From Thermodesulfobacteriota bacterium (GTDB lineage Bacteria > Desulfobacterota > Desulfovibrionia > Desulfovibrionales > Desulfothermaceae), in NCBI GenBank assembly GCA_051744965.1, contig JBNJDO010000003.1:27326-59325 (forward strand): a DNA stretch of 32,000 nucleotides. Reading direction: 5' to 3'. Positions 9,847 to 17,897 of this stretch are shown here, one piece after another. How positions within the stretch are numbered: the first letter of the stretch is position 1; each line of letters begins with the position of its first letter. A program made the position numbers and the translations under genes. The notes beneath the pieces are model-generated. The model was not told the DNA's origin. It searched no databases and saw only the letters and a list, made by a program, of their open reading frames with translations.

Positions 9847-10362
9847 CTATTCGCTGTCTGACATACTCTCTCTGACCTGCCCAATCAGCTCCAGGGCCTG
9901 CTGCAACTGTTCCTGATCCTCTCCCTGCAGTTGATTGCTGAGGAACCCGGCCCTTTGGGCAATATCATCCAGCAAGCTGGAATAGATCACATTCCTGGTT
10001 TCCTGGGGCAGATTCTCCAGCTCAGCCATCCTCTCCTGCAGCCCGCTCAGTGAGCTATCCAGGCCTGAGACCTGTGTATCCAGCTCAGACATGGAATCCT
10101 GCATCTGATTCATGGTGCCCCCCATCTCAGAAACCTGCTCATCCACTGCATTGAAGTTCTGCACAGTGTCCTCTAGCCCGGAGATATTGTTGTTTAGGAC
10201 AAAATAGAACACCACCATCAGCACCACTGCCAACGCGGATATAAACAGGGCCACCTTGCCCATGTCCCGGCGTACTTCCTCATGCAAATGATCCGGTCTG
10301 GGCTCATGCTCGTCTGATTTTGAAGAAAAGCTAACTTTTTTTACCTTTTCGGCCATAGACAT
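9847..10362 (-). CDS. Hypothetical single-pass membrane protein with a Ser/Asp/Gln-rich coiled-coil ectodomain
   Basis: I trimmed to Met7 (MSMAEKVKK) because GGAGG lies 8 nt upstream. It has one TM helix (VALFISALAVVLMVVFYFVL) followed by heptad-like repeats (SELDTQVSGLDSSLSGLQERMAELE). Confidence 0.55.
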   Translation of the reverse strand: MSMAEKVKKVSFSSKSDEHEPRPDHLHEEVRRDMGKVALFISALAVVLMVVFYFVLNNNISGLEDTVQNFNAVDEQVSEMGGTMNQMQDSMSELDTQVSGLDSSLSGLQERMAELENLPQETRNVIYSSLLDDIAQRAGFLSNQLQGEDQEQLQQALELIGQVRESMSDSE

Positions 10363-10558
10363 GGATATTACCTCCTTCATGATTTACTGCCATTTTGGCT
10401 CCCAGGCTGGCTGTCCAGGAGCAGCATTGGACAATTTTTTCCTGGTCAGTCTGTTTAATAATCAGCATAGACCAAGCAGAAAAAAATCTCAAGTCTATTT
10501 CTTACTCCTACACAATCTGCAAGAGTGCTCTAGCTTCAGGCCAACACCTAAAGCCCTG

Positions 10559-11932
10559 CTAGTTGATCAGGCTCTGAATGGGAGCAGGAATTCTGCCCCC
10601 ATGCTGGATAAAGCCCTGGGAGGTATCGTTGCCCCTAAGGTCGATAATCGGCGCTCTGCCCAGAAGCCCTCCGAACTCCACAGAATCTCCGGCCTGCTTG
10701 CCAGGCACAGGTATCAGCCTGGCTGCAGTGGTCTTTTTGTTGATCATTCCCACAGCCATCTCATCCGCGATAACCGCAGCCAAGGTCTCCTCTGTGGTAT
10801 CCCCGGGCACAGCCACCATGTCCAGGCCCACAGAGCAGACACTGGTCATGGCCTCCAGCTTCTCCAGACACAGATTTGAGTCACCCACTGCCTGAGCGAT
10901 GTACAGATCCTCACTAACCGGAATGAAGGCCCCGGAGAGCCCTCCCACATGGGAGCTGGCAAACGCCCCGCCCTTTTTCACCGCGTCATTGAGCAAGGCC
11001 AAGACAGCAGTGGATCCAGGTACCCCGATGCTCTCAAGCCCCATACTCTTGAAGATTTCGCCCACACTGTCTCCCACATTGGGCGTAGGGGCCAGGGAAA
11101 GGTCCACAATCCCAAAGGTAACCCCAAGTGCCTGGGCGACTTCTCTGCCGATGAGCTCCCCTACCCGGGTCACCTTGTAGGCAGTGCGCTTGATGATTTC
11201 AGAGAGGAGCCCAAGATTCAAGCCTGGATCAGACTCCAAGGCCCGGTCAATAGACTTTCTGACCACTCCAGGCCCACTGACCCCGACATTTATCACAGTG
11301 TCCGGCTCTCCTGTGCCCAGGTACGCCCCGGCCATAAAGGGAATGTCCTGGGGAATGTTGGCGAATACACACATCTTGGCGCAGCCCAAGCCATCCAGGT
11401 CCCTGGTCAGCCCTGCAGTCTCCTTGAGGCACTTGCCCATGGCATAGACTGCATCCATGTTGATCCCGGCCCTGGTGGAGGCCACATTCACCGAGGCGCA
11501 AACCCTCTCAGTACTGCTCAAGGCCTCTGGAATAGCCTGGATCAAGGCTTCATCTCCAGGGGCAGTACCCTTTTCCACCAGGGCTGTGAACCCGCCCACA
11601 AAATCCACTCCCACTTCCTGGGCAGCCTGATCCAGGACCCCGGCCAGCTCCACCAGCTGCCGTGCTCCGAAAGGAGCTGCCACTATGGCCATGGGGCTTA
11701 CAGCAATACGCTTATTTACCACCTTAATTCCGTATTTGTCCCCGATACGATCACAGGTGGAGACGAACTCCCTGCCTGTGCGCACTATCTTGCGCCGCAT
11801 ATTCTCCGCAAAGGTTTGCGGATCATGGCTAGCGCAATCAAAAAGGCTGATCCCCAGGGTCACAGTGCGCACATCCAAGTTCTCGTTTTTGACCATCTCC
11901 AAAGTGGAGATGACCTCCCTTTCAGAAAGCAT
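10559..11932 (-). CDS. UPF0210 / DUF711 (PFL4-like) family protein
   Basis: 457 aa. The N-terminus MLSEREVISTLEMVKNENLDVRTVTLGISL and the overall length match my recollection of the UPF0210 family. AAGGAG RBS. An ACT-domain gene lies immediately upstream, as is usual for this family. Confidence 0.8.
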   Translation of the reverse strand: MLSEREVISTLEMVKNENLDVRTVTLGISLFDCASHDPQTFAENMRRKIVRTGREFVSTCDRIGDKYGIKVVNKRIAVSPMAIVAAPFGARQLVELAGVLDQAAQEVGVDFVGGFTALVEKGTAPGDEALIQAIPEALSSTERVCASVNVASTRAGINMDAVYAMGKCLKETAGLTRDLDGLGCAKMCVFANIPQDIPFMAGAYLGTGEPDTVINVGVSGPGVVRKSIDRALESDPGLNLGLLSEIIKRTAYKVTRVGELIGREVAQALGVTFGIVDLSLAPTPNVGDSVGEIFKSMGLESIGVPGSTAVLALLNDAVKKGGAFASSHVGGLSGAFIPVSEDLYIAQAVGDSNLCLEKLEAMTSVCSVGLDMVAVPGDTTEETLAAVIADEMAVGMINKKTTAARLIPVPGKQAGDSVEFGGLLGRAPIIDLRGNDTSQGFIQHGGRIPAPIQSLIN

Positions 11933-12025
11933 ATCTCTAATGCTCCTTAAGAATAATCCAAGTTACAGGTTTACACCCCGATTTGATCCTGCCTCAGTCC
12001 CATGGGACAAACCTTGAGCCCTGCC

Positions 12026-12580
12026 TTAAAGTCTGCAGATATCCTCAAATATCCTTTTGTGCTGCACACTGACCTCCAGCCCTACTTCAGCTGCCCTCTG
12101 GCTCAGGCTGGAGACAAAATCCGACAACCTTACACTGATCGGTACATCCACCTCATAAATGGTCACAGATTTCTCAGGGAAAGCAATGCTGCCCCGGGCA
12201 AACTGCAGGTTGACTATATTCACGCCATACTCCTGCATCACGCAGGTTATGGTAGCAATAAGCCCCACCCGGTCCTGGCCCATGCTTATGACCACAAAGG
12301 GCTCGCTTTGCTCTTGTTCCTGCTGCTTTTGTTTGGGATGCACCTGGCTGATAAAGGGTCTCAAGCCAGTGCCCTGCAAGCGATCCTGTAAAAAGGAGTC
12401 CAACTCTGAAATATCCAAATCCTGGGGCAAAGCCACCAGGAAAATCCCAGCGAACTCCTCCTGCAGCACTGTTTGAGAGACATCTATTATGTTGCAATTC
12501 ACCTCAGCCAGCAGGCTGGCTACCTGGCAGACAATGCCTGGTCTGTCCCATCCCAACACGCTTACCGCTGCCTTTTGCAT
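12026..12580 (-). CDS. Tandem ACT-domain protein (GcvR/UPF0237-like)
   Basis: 184 aa with two ACT-like units (VLGWDRPGIVCQVASLLAEVNCNIIDVSQ and ISMGQDRVGLIATITCVMQEYGVNIVNL) joined by a KQKQQEQEQ linker. Confidence 0.75.
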   Translation of the reverse strand: MQKAAVSVLGWDRPGIVCQVASLLAEVNCNIIDVSQTVLQEEFAGIFLVALPQDLDISELDSFLQDRLQGTGLRPFISQVHPKQKQQEQEQSEPFVVISMGQDRVGLIATITCVMQEYGVNIVNLQFARGSIAFPEKSVTIYEVDVPISVRLSDFVSSLSQRAAEVGLEVSVQHKRIFEDICRL

Positions 12581-12854
12581 ATCCTTGCCCTGTCTTTGTT
12601 CTAACTGTGCCGATAGTGATCCTGACCTGGATCAGGAAATAGCAGAGCTTTTCCAGGTTTACAAGCTTTCCTTACCCTGTGTGAGAGATATCTTGACATC
12701 CTGATTGCAAGCCCTTTAATCTTTTTTGTACCTTGACAGCTTGACTCTGAACCCCCTCATTTTCAGTAAAGCTTGCTTCCGGGTACAGCAGACAATTTAG
12801 CCCCTCCTGATCCAGCTTTAAAGGAAAGGATCGAAGCCCTTGCAGGAAAAAAGG

Positions 12855-13838
12855 ATGATACAAGAGATCTCTGCAGCTATCTTTCGGATCACCATACCCA
12901 TGCCCAATAACCCCCTAAAGTATCTCAACGCATATCTCCTGCGCAACAACAAACGCCATTGCTTGATAGATACCGGCTTCAACCGGGATGTTTGCCGCAA
13001 AGCCCTGCTTCAGGCCCTAGAGGAGCTTGGTGTCCAGATCGCGGACACAGAAGTGCTGATCACCCATATGCACTCTGATCACAGCGGACTAGCGCCTGAA
13101 CTCTACGCCCAAGGGGCGCGCATCTGGATGAATAGTGCGGACGCTGAGGTCATTACCCAGCCTGCTGACTGGAGCCAAGTCCTGGAATATGCCCGAATAA
13201 ATGGATTGCCTGAGCAGGACCTGCTCCGGGCCAGGGATGCCCATCCCGGCTATAAGTATCGGCCCCAAGGAGAAGTGCAGACAGCAGAGCTAAAGGATGG
13301 GGACACTATAAGCTGCGCGGGATATGAGCTGCGCTGCCTGCTTACTCCAGGGCACAGCAGGGGACATGTCTGCTTTTACTCAGAACAAGAAGGACTTTTG
13401 TTCGCAGGGGACACCCTGCTGCAGGAGATCACCCCCAATATCTCCCAGTGGCTGCCTGGCACAAATCCCCTGGGAGATTATCTGCAGAGCCTGCAACGCC
13501 TGCATGGGCTGGAGGTGAAGCTGGTCCTGCCCGGGCATAGACGCCTTTTCTCGGATCACCGCCAGCGAATCCAGGAGCTGCAGGAGCACCACCAGAAAAG
13601 ACTGCAGGAGGTGCTGCGCCTGGTGCACGAGCAACCTGGAACTGCCCTGGATATCGCCTCTCGCATGACCTGGGACCTGGACACCCAAAACTGGGAGGAA
13701 TTTCCCCTGGCCCAGAAATGGTTTGCCACAGGAGAAGCCCTGGCCCATCTAAGTTATCTGGAATCCAAGGCACAAGTAAAAAATGAGCTTCAAGGCGGGC
13801 TTGAGGTCTGGTCCAGCCAAGCTGTAGCAGCCAGCTAA
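12855..13838 (+). CDS. MBL-fold metallo-hydrolase
   Basis: HxHxDH motif (THMHSDHSG) plus a downstream TPGHSRGH. I chose the ATG at 12855 over the TTG at 12840 used by the track. Confidence 0.8.
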   Translation: MIQEISAAIFRITIPMPNNPLKYLNAYLLRNNKRHCLIDTGFNRDVCRKALLQALEELGVQIADTEVLITHMHSDHSGLAPELYAQGARIWMNSADAEVITQPADWSQVLEYARINGLPEQDLLRARDAHPGYKYRPQGEVQTAELKDGDTISCAGYELRCLLTPGHSRGHVCFYSEQEGLLFAGDTLLQEITPNISQWLPGTNPLGDYLQSLQRLHGLEVKLVLPGHRRLFSDHRQRIQELQEHHQKRLQEVLRLVHEQPGTALDIASRMTWDLDTQNWEEFPLAQKWFATGEALAHLSYLESKAQVKNELQGGLEVWSSQAVAAS

Positions 13839-13883
13839 AACTGGACCTTGCGGCTTTAATCTGCAAACTCAAGGAGAATTGCC

Positions 13884-14216
13884 ATGCAACTGGCCATCAG
13901 CACCTCTGGACAGGACTTGTCTGCACCGTTGACCGGCTTCGGCAGAGCCAGCGGCTTTATTCTCTATGATACTGAAAAAGGGGATTTCAGCTATCACTCC
14001 AACTCCCAGAATATGCTCGCAGCCAGGGGGGCAGGGGCCAAGACAGCCCAGGATCTGGCCCAGACCGGGGCTAAAGCTGTAATCACCGGCAAGATGGGTC
14101 CCAAGGCAGCAGACTTCCTGCAAGGCAAAGGGATAAAGATCTATCTAGCCTCCCAGCCCACAGTCCAGGAGGCGATCCAGGCCTACCAGGCAGGCAGCCT
14201 GGAACAGCTGGGCTGA
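13884..14216 (+). CDS. NifB/NifX-family (dinitrogenase FeMo-cofactor-binding domain) small protein
   Basis: 110 aa. The pattern FGRASGFILYD ... AVITGKMGPKAADFLQGKGIKIY is typical of NifX/NifB C-terminal-like domain proteins. AAGGAG RBS. Confidence 0.75.
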   Translation: MQLAISTSGQDLSAPLTGFGRASGFILYDTEKGDFSYHSNSQNMLAARGAGAKTAQDLAQTGAKAVITGKMGPKAADFLQGKGIKIYLASQPTVQEAIQAYQAGSLEQLG

Positions 14217-14253
14217 GGGGCTGTTATCTTGTATTCTGCCCTGCTGCAGGGAT

Positions 14254-14282
14254 GCAGAACACTGCATAGCACAGTGTTCTGC
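14254..14282. terminator. Perfect 11-bp stem hairpin between convergent genes
   Basis: GCAGAACACTG (14254-14264), loop catagca, CAGTGTTCTGC (14272-14282). There is no clear U-tract on either side, so the terminator call is tentative. Confidence 0.5.
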
Positions 14283-14319
14283 AAGAGTGCTGGCAGGTAA
14301 CCTCCTGCTTGCCCGGGGC

Positions 14320-14598
14320 TTAGGCCTGGGACTTCATCCTTTGCAACAAAGCCTCCAGGCCCTGGGTATCATCCCTGGAGGAAATCCAGAACTGGCCCTC
14401 GTCGTCCCCGGCCTTGATCTCCAGGCTGGAGATCTTGTCCACCAGATATTTGGTCTTGCCCAAGATATCCTGGAAAGCATCCTGATCTTCCTGATCCTGC
14501 AAATCAGCATTCTGGCGCACCACTTCATATAGATAGGCCAGATAGGCGGCAGATGAGGCCAATAGATCCTGCAGCTCCTCCTCGCTCATTACTGACAT
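14320..14598 (-). CDS. Hypothetical small acidic protein (last gene of the sulfur-relay operon)
   Basis: 92 aa. GGGGAGAG RBS upstream of the ATG. Highly acidic and helical-looking, with no recognisable family. Confidence 0.5.
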   Translation of the reverse strand: MSVMSEEELQDLLASSAAYLAYLYEVVRQNADLQDQEDQDAFQDILGKTKYLVDKISSLEIKAGDDEGQFWISSRDDTQGLEALLQRMKSQA

Positions 14599-14708
14599 AG
14601 CACTCTCCCCTGGTTTTAGTTTGCGTGCGGGCTTGATCCTAGCTCAAGTCAGCAGCAGAGTCGAGCCTTGCAGGCCAAGGGCCCTACTTGCAGTCCAATA
14701 ATCCTGGC

Positions 14709-15044
14709 TTAAAAAACCACGTATCTGTCGCACTCCTCCACCATCTCCGCATTCCTGGCCTGGGTGGCAAAATCCCTGAATCCTACCCCTGGGACCTCGC
14801 CGGAAAGCTCCAATGCCCGGAAGCTGACATCACAGACAGAAATCCTGCCGGCCTTACCTTCCAGTTGCGCGAATTCCGGTTCCTGCGTTAGCAAGACGCC
14901 TTTGCCTGAGAAGAATATTTCCGCCTTCACCCCTTGCTTATGGGCTGCCTCGGTCAATTTGATCACCTGGCCCAAGAACTTGTTGTCCCTGACCAGGATG
15001 CCTAGTCTCTTGCCCTGGATATCTTGGCTTGCTTCAGCACTCAT
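14709..15044 (-). CDS. DsrE/TusD-fold-like small protein (candidate persulfide carrier)
   Basis: 111 aa. It has the beta-alpha pattern of DsrE-family proteins (RLGILV ... IFFSGKGV ... ISVCDVS ... DRYVVF). Cys71 sits near the position of the DsrE/TusD active-site Cys. The start overlaps the upstream stop (ATGA). Confidence 0.6.
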   Translation of the reverse strand: MSAEASQDIQGKRLGILVRDNKFLGQVIKLTEAAHKQGVKAEIFFSGKGVLLTQEPEFAQLEGKAGRISVCDVSFRALELSGEVPGVGFRDFATQARNAEMVEECDRYVVF

Positions 15045-15532
15045 TGCCCCTTTTCTCCTTTGCTTGAAAACAGGTCCCTGGCCTTGGCCAGAACCAGATC
15101 CCTGACGCTTTGCTCCATGGAGTACTTCAGAACCAGCAGGGTTATACCCTCGCGCAGGAGCTGGTCCTGATCCTTGCCTTGATTGTCCGGAATGTCGCCC
15201 AGAGCGGAAAAGATCTCGTATAAGTCCTTGGGCAGACTGAAAGTGAGCTGTACACTCTCCTGCTCTTGCTGTGCATCAGTATCCCTGGGAGCTTTCTCTA
15301 TCTGTTCCTGCGGAGCTTCCTGCAGGAGCTGGTAACACTCCAGGACCTTTTCCAGGCAGTGCTGCTTGAAGTATAATGCCCCTAAGGAACGGAGCACCTC
15401 CCTGGTGGCTATATGCTGCTCCGGCGGCAGATCTTCCTTGAACAAGGCCTTTTTGGCAGACTCCAAGGCGCTGTCGTAGCAATTGCATCTTTCCAGGACT
15501 ATGGCAGAGGCCACATCCTTGTCCATGTCCAT
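15041..15532 (-). CDS. Hypothetical protein (Cys-containing, helical; conserved-hypothetical slot of the cluster)
   Basis: 163 aa. AAGGAGAG RBS 8 nt upstream. CxC (ERCNCYD) and two further Cys residues. Translationally coupled to the downstream DsrE-like gene. Confidence 0.55.
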   Translation of the reverse strand: MDMDKDVASAIVLERCNCYDSALESAKKALFKEDLPPEQHIATREVLRSLGALYFKQHCLEKVLECYQLLQEAPQEQIEKAPRDTDAQQEQESVQLTFSLPKDLYEIFSALGDIPDNQGKDQDQLLREGITLLVLKYSMEQSVRDLVLAKARDLFSSKGEKGQ

Positions 15533-15577
15533 ATTAGCTCTCCTTGCAAGTGTTTTTTCCCTGAGCCCAGCTGACAG

Positions 15578-15751
15578 CTACCACCAGCAGATGACCTTGT
15601 CCGCGGCAAATATCTGCTGCAGCACCCGGTCCCAGTGCACATCGCCCCTGTAGAGCTCAACACTTTTACAGTCATTTTCCCTGCAGGTTTCCCTGATCAA
15701 ATCCGAGACCAGCTGCTCAGGCTCGGACTTCAAAATATGCAGCACCTCCAT
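15578..15751 (-). CDS. Small 57-aa ORF absent from the ORF track, with DsrH/TusB-like termini
   Basis: My own translation is MEVLHILKSEPEQLVSDLIRETCRENDCKSVELYRGDVHWDRVLQQIFAADKVICWW. GGGGGAG RBS lies 4 nt upstream of the ATG at 15749-15751. It fills an otherwise empty 303-nt gap inside the operon. Confidence 0.45.
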   Translation of the reverse strand: MEVLHILKSEPEQLVSDLIRETCRENDCKSVELYRGDVHWDRVLQQIFAADKVICWW

Positions 15752-15835
15752 ACTCCCCCCTGAATATTGCTTCCCTGGCTTCTGTACCTAAAGTTACTCA
15801 TCTTAACCATGGACCCTGGACTTTGAGCCCTCAAG

Positions 15836-16123
15836 TCAAAAAGGGATCACCAGGCTAGAGGCATTGATCAGCTCTACCAGACCCTGCTGATCCAGGGGCT
15901 GGAAGCCGTGCTTCTCGATATTGGTTTGGTCGTTGGAGTATCTTCTGCCCTCCATTTCATCCAAAAACTCCATATTATCCGAATATGCCTCGTCCATATT
16001 GGCCACCTGGTGATCCCAAACCACCATGGAAACATCAGTGGCGTGCAGCAACAGCCCCAGGCTAGTGCGCAGCCCTTCGTACTGTTGCTCCACATCCTTG
16101 ATCAATACAGTTACTCCCTGCAT
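15836..16123 (-). CDS. Cys-free DsrE/DsrF-fold-like small protein
   Basis: 95 aa. It starts 2 nt after the TusA stop. The N-terminal beta-strand VTVLIK and the C-terminal SLVIPF resemble DsrF/TusC-type subunits. It contains no cysteine. Confidence 0.5.
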   Translation of the reverse strand: MQGVTVLIKDVEQQYEGLRTSLGLLLHATDVSMVVWDHQVANMDEAYSDNMEFLDEMEGRRYSNDQTNIEKHGFQPLDQQGLVELINASSLVIPF

Positions 16124-16125
16124 AG

Positions 16126-16371
16126 CTAGCCCTTTTTGATAAAGTAGTTGGTGGAACCATTTTCAGAGTCATACATGCCTAAGAACTCGTTGCCGTTTTT
16201 GTTGGCAAAATCTGGAATATCGTTCTTGGAGCCTGGATCAGTGCCCAAGATTTGCAGTATCTCCCCGCTTTGCATGTCCTTCATGGTTTTCTTGGTCTTA
16301 AGCAGGGGCATGGGACAGCTAAGCCCACTAGTATCCAAAAACTTGTCCGCCTTGATTGTACTCGGATCCAT
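16126..16371 (-). CDS. tusA: TusA/SirA-family sulfurtransferase
   Basis: 81 aa. Canonical CPxP active-site motif (LDTSGLSCPMPLLKTKK). GGAGG RBS 6 nt upstream. Confidence 0.85.
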   Translation of the reverse strand: MDPSTIKADKFLDTSGLSCPMPLLKTKKTMKDMQSGEILQILGTDPGSKNDIPDFANKNGNEFLGMYDSENGSTNYFIKKG

Positions 16372-16395
16372 ATCATACCTCCTTTAATACTTGTT

Positions 16396-17592
16396 TTAAA
16401 AGATTACATACTTTTCGCTCTTTTCATTCCAGATGGCCCAAAAGGCCCAGGCCAGCAGGATCAGAAGATACAAAGGCAGGGCAATCTCCCAACCGAATAC
16501 GTCCGGCATGAAGGTCCCTGATCCCAGCTTGTCCATGAGACCTGTTCCGTGCAGCACTTTGTAGCCCAGGGAGTTAAACACGGAAAAGGCCAGCAGGGTC
16601 AACATCAGCTTGGTGTGTCCCTCTCCTGCCCGCCACAATGCCCCAGTGCCACAGCCTCCAGCCAAGAGCATGCCAAAGCCGAAGACCACCCCGCCCAGCA
16701 AGCTACCCAGCCAGAAGGGATGGTGTACGCCCATCATCTCCGGCTGCAGATAGTTCCACTTGATTACTGCAGAGCCCAGGCCGTAGATCATCAGGCTCAT
16801 GGCAATGACCCGGACCATCTCTGCATCCCCGGTCATGAATGGATCCCTGAAGGCCCGTACAAAGCACATCCTGGAGCGGTGCATGGTGATCCCGATCAAG
16901 GCGCCGAAGAACAGCAAACCCCCTACCAGGGTATGGCCCAGATAGGAGTAAACATAAAAAGCAGCCACTATCAGGACCAGGATCATTCCGCCCATATAGG
17001 GAGCGACTTTGCCCCAGTCTATCCAGGGCTTTTTCTGCAGATTCTGGGGCTTGGGCGCTCCTGCAGCCTTCTGGGGAATGTTGCTCAGCTCCCAGATCAA
17101 GATTTTAAGTCCTAGAAAGGCTCCTGCTCCTAAACCGATCATCATAGCGTACCCACCCATGGAGAACATGCCTATAGCATTGTAAAAGCCCCCAATATTG
17201 CAGCCTGCAGCCAGGGCCGCACCAATACCCATGCAAGCCCCGCCCACAAAGCCCTTTAGGTACTCATATGCAGGGGCCAGACGTATCTTGAACTGCCTGC
17301 CCAGCAAGGCAGAGGCCACAGCGCCTACCAGCAGCCCGATATTGCTCATTGACATGGTGTTCAGCCAGGGGACCTCTGGCTTTTCAGAGCCTATTCCCAG
17401 ACCGTAGACAATCCAGTCCCCCCAATTGCGGTAGCCTCCAGTGATGCCCCAGGAGCTGTGCCACATAAAAATTAGCAGGGCCAAAATGGCCACAAATATA
17501 CCAGCCAGCCAGCCCGGCCAGTTGCGCTCAAACACCGCTGCATAGTTGCGCCTGCTCTCCTCGCGCAGGCTTTGCCAGAATGTAACAGACAA
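16396..17592 (-). CDS. YeeE/YedE-family sulfur-compound (thiosulfate-type) transporter
   Basis: 398 aa polytopic membrane protein with the duplicated Gly/Cys-rich motifs of the Sulf_transp family (GGACMGIGAALAAGCNIGG and LLAGGCGTGALWRAGEG). TTG start with AAGGAG 6 nt upstream. Confidence 0.85.
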   Translation of the reverse strand: MSVTFWQSLREESRRNYAAVFERNWPGWLAGIFVAILALLIFMWHSSWGITGGYRNWGDWIVYGLGIGSEKPEVPWLNTMSMSNIGLLVGAVASALLGRQFKIRLAPAYEYLKGFVGGACMGIGAALAAGCNIGGFYNAIGMFSMGGYAMMIGLGAGAFLGLKILIWELSNIPQKAAGAPKPQNLQKKPWIDWGKVAPYMGGMILVLIVAAFYVYSYLGHTLVGGLLFFGALIGITMHRSRMCFVRAFRDPFMTGDAEMVRVIAMSLMIYGLGSAVIKWNYLQPEMMGVHHPFWLGSLLGGVVFGFGMLLAGGCGTGALWRAGEGHTKLMLTLLAFSVFNSLGYKVLHGTGLMDKLGSGTFMPDVFGWEIALPLYLLILLAWAFWAIWNEKSEKYVIF

Positions 17593-17648
17593 TTTGTACT
17601 CCTTGGCAAAAGGTTATTCTAAGGTCTGCTTTCCTTTATATTAATTCT

Positions 17649-17664
17649 TGCAACTGTCGTTCCA
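17649..17664 (-). promoter_or_regulatory. Candidate sigma-54 (-24/-12) promoter for the YedE-TusA-DsrE-like operon
   Basis: The minus strand reads TGGAACGACAGTTGCA against the consensus TGGCACG-N4-TTGCW. There is one mismatch and exact GG-N10-GC spacing. The -12 GC lies about 57 nt upstream of the TTG start. Confidence 0.45.
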
Positions 17665-17897
17665 AAAAACTGCTTCTGGATATTGCCTAGTTTTCTGGAT
17701 TTATACCCTGCTGCCGGTATCTGACCCTAAAATTGTTAAAGCCAGTTTCAACAACTGTTTAATCACTCTTTTCTTAACCCTGGATCCAGGAACAAACAGG
17801 CTGCATTTTTGCTTGGCAGATGCTATGAATACAGCTAAGGAGGAAGGTTATTAGTGCCTTATCCGTGAAACTCTGTCAGAAAAAACAAGAAATTTAT

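Noticed and set aside
10949-11950. A 333-aa ORF on the plus strand, antisense to the UPF0210 gene.
   Set aside because: The minus-strand frame has recognisable family similarity and a proper RBS. The antisense product is low-complexity (Gly/Pro/His/Arg-rich) with no RBS. Long antisense ORFs are expected with this CTG/CAG-biased codon usage.
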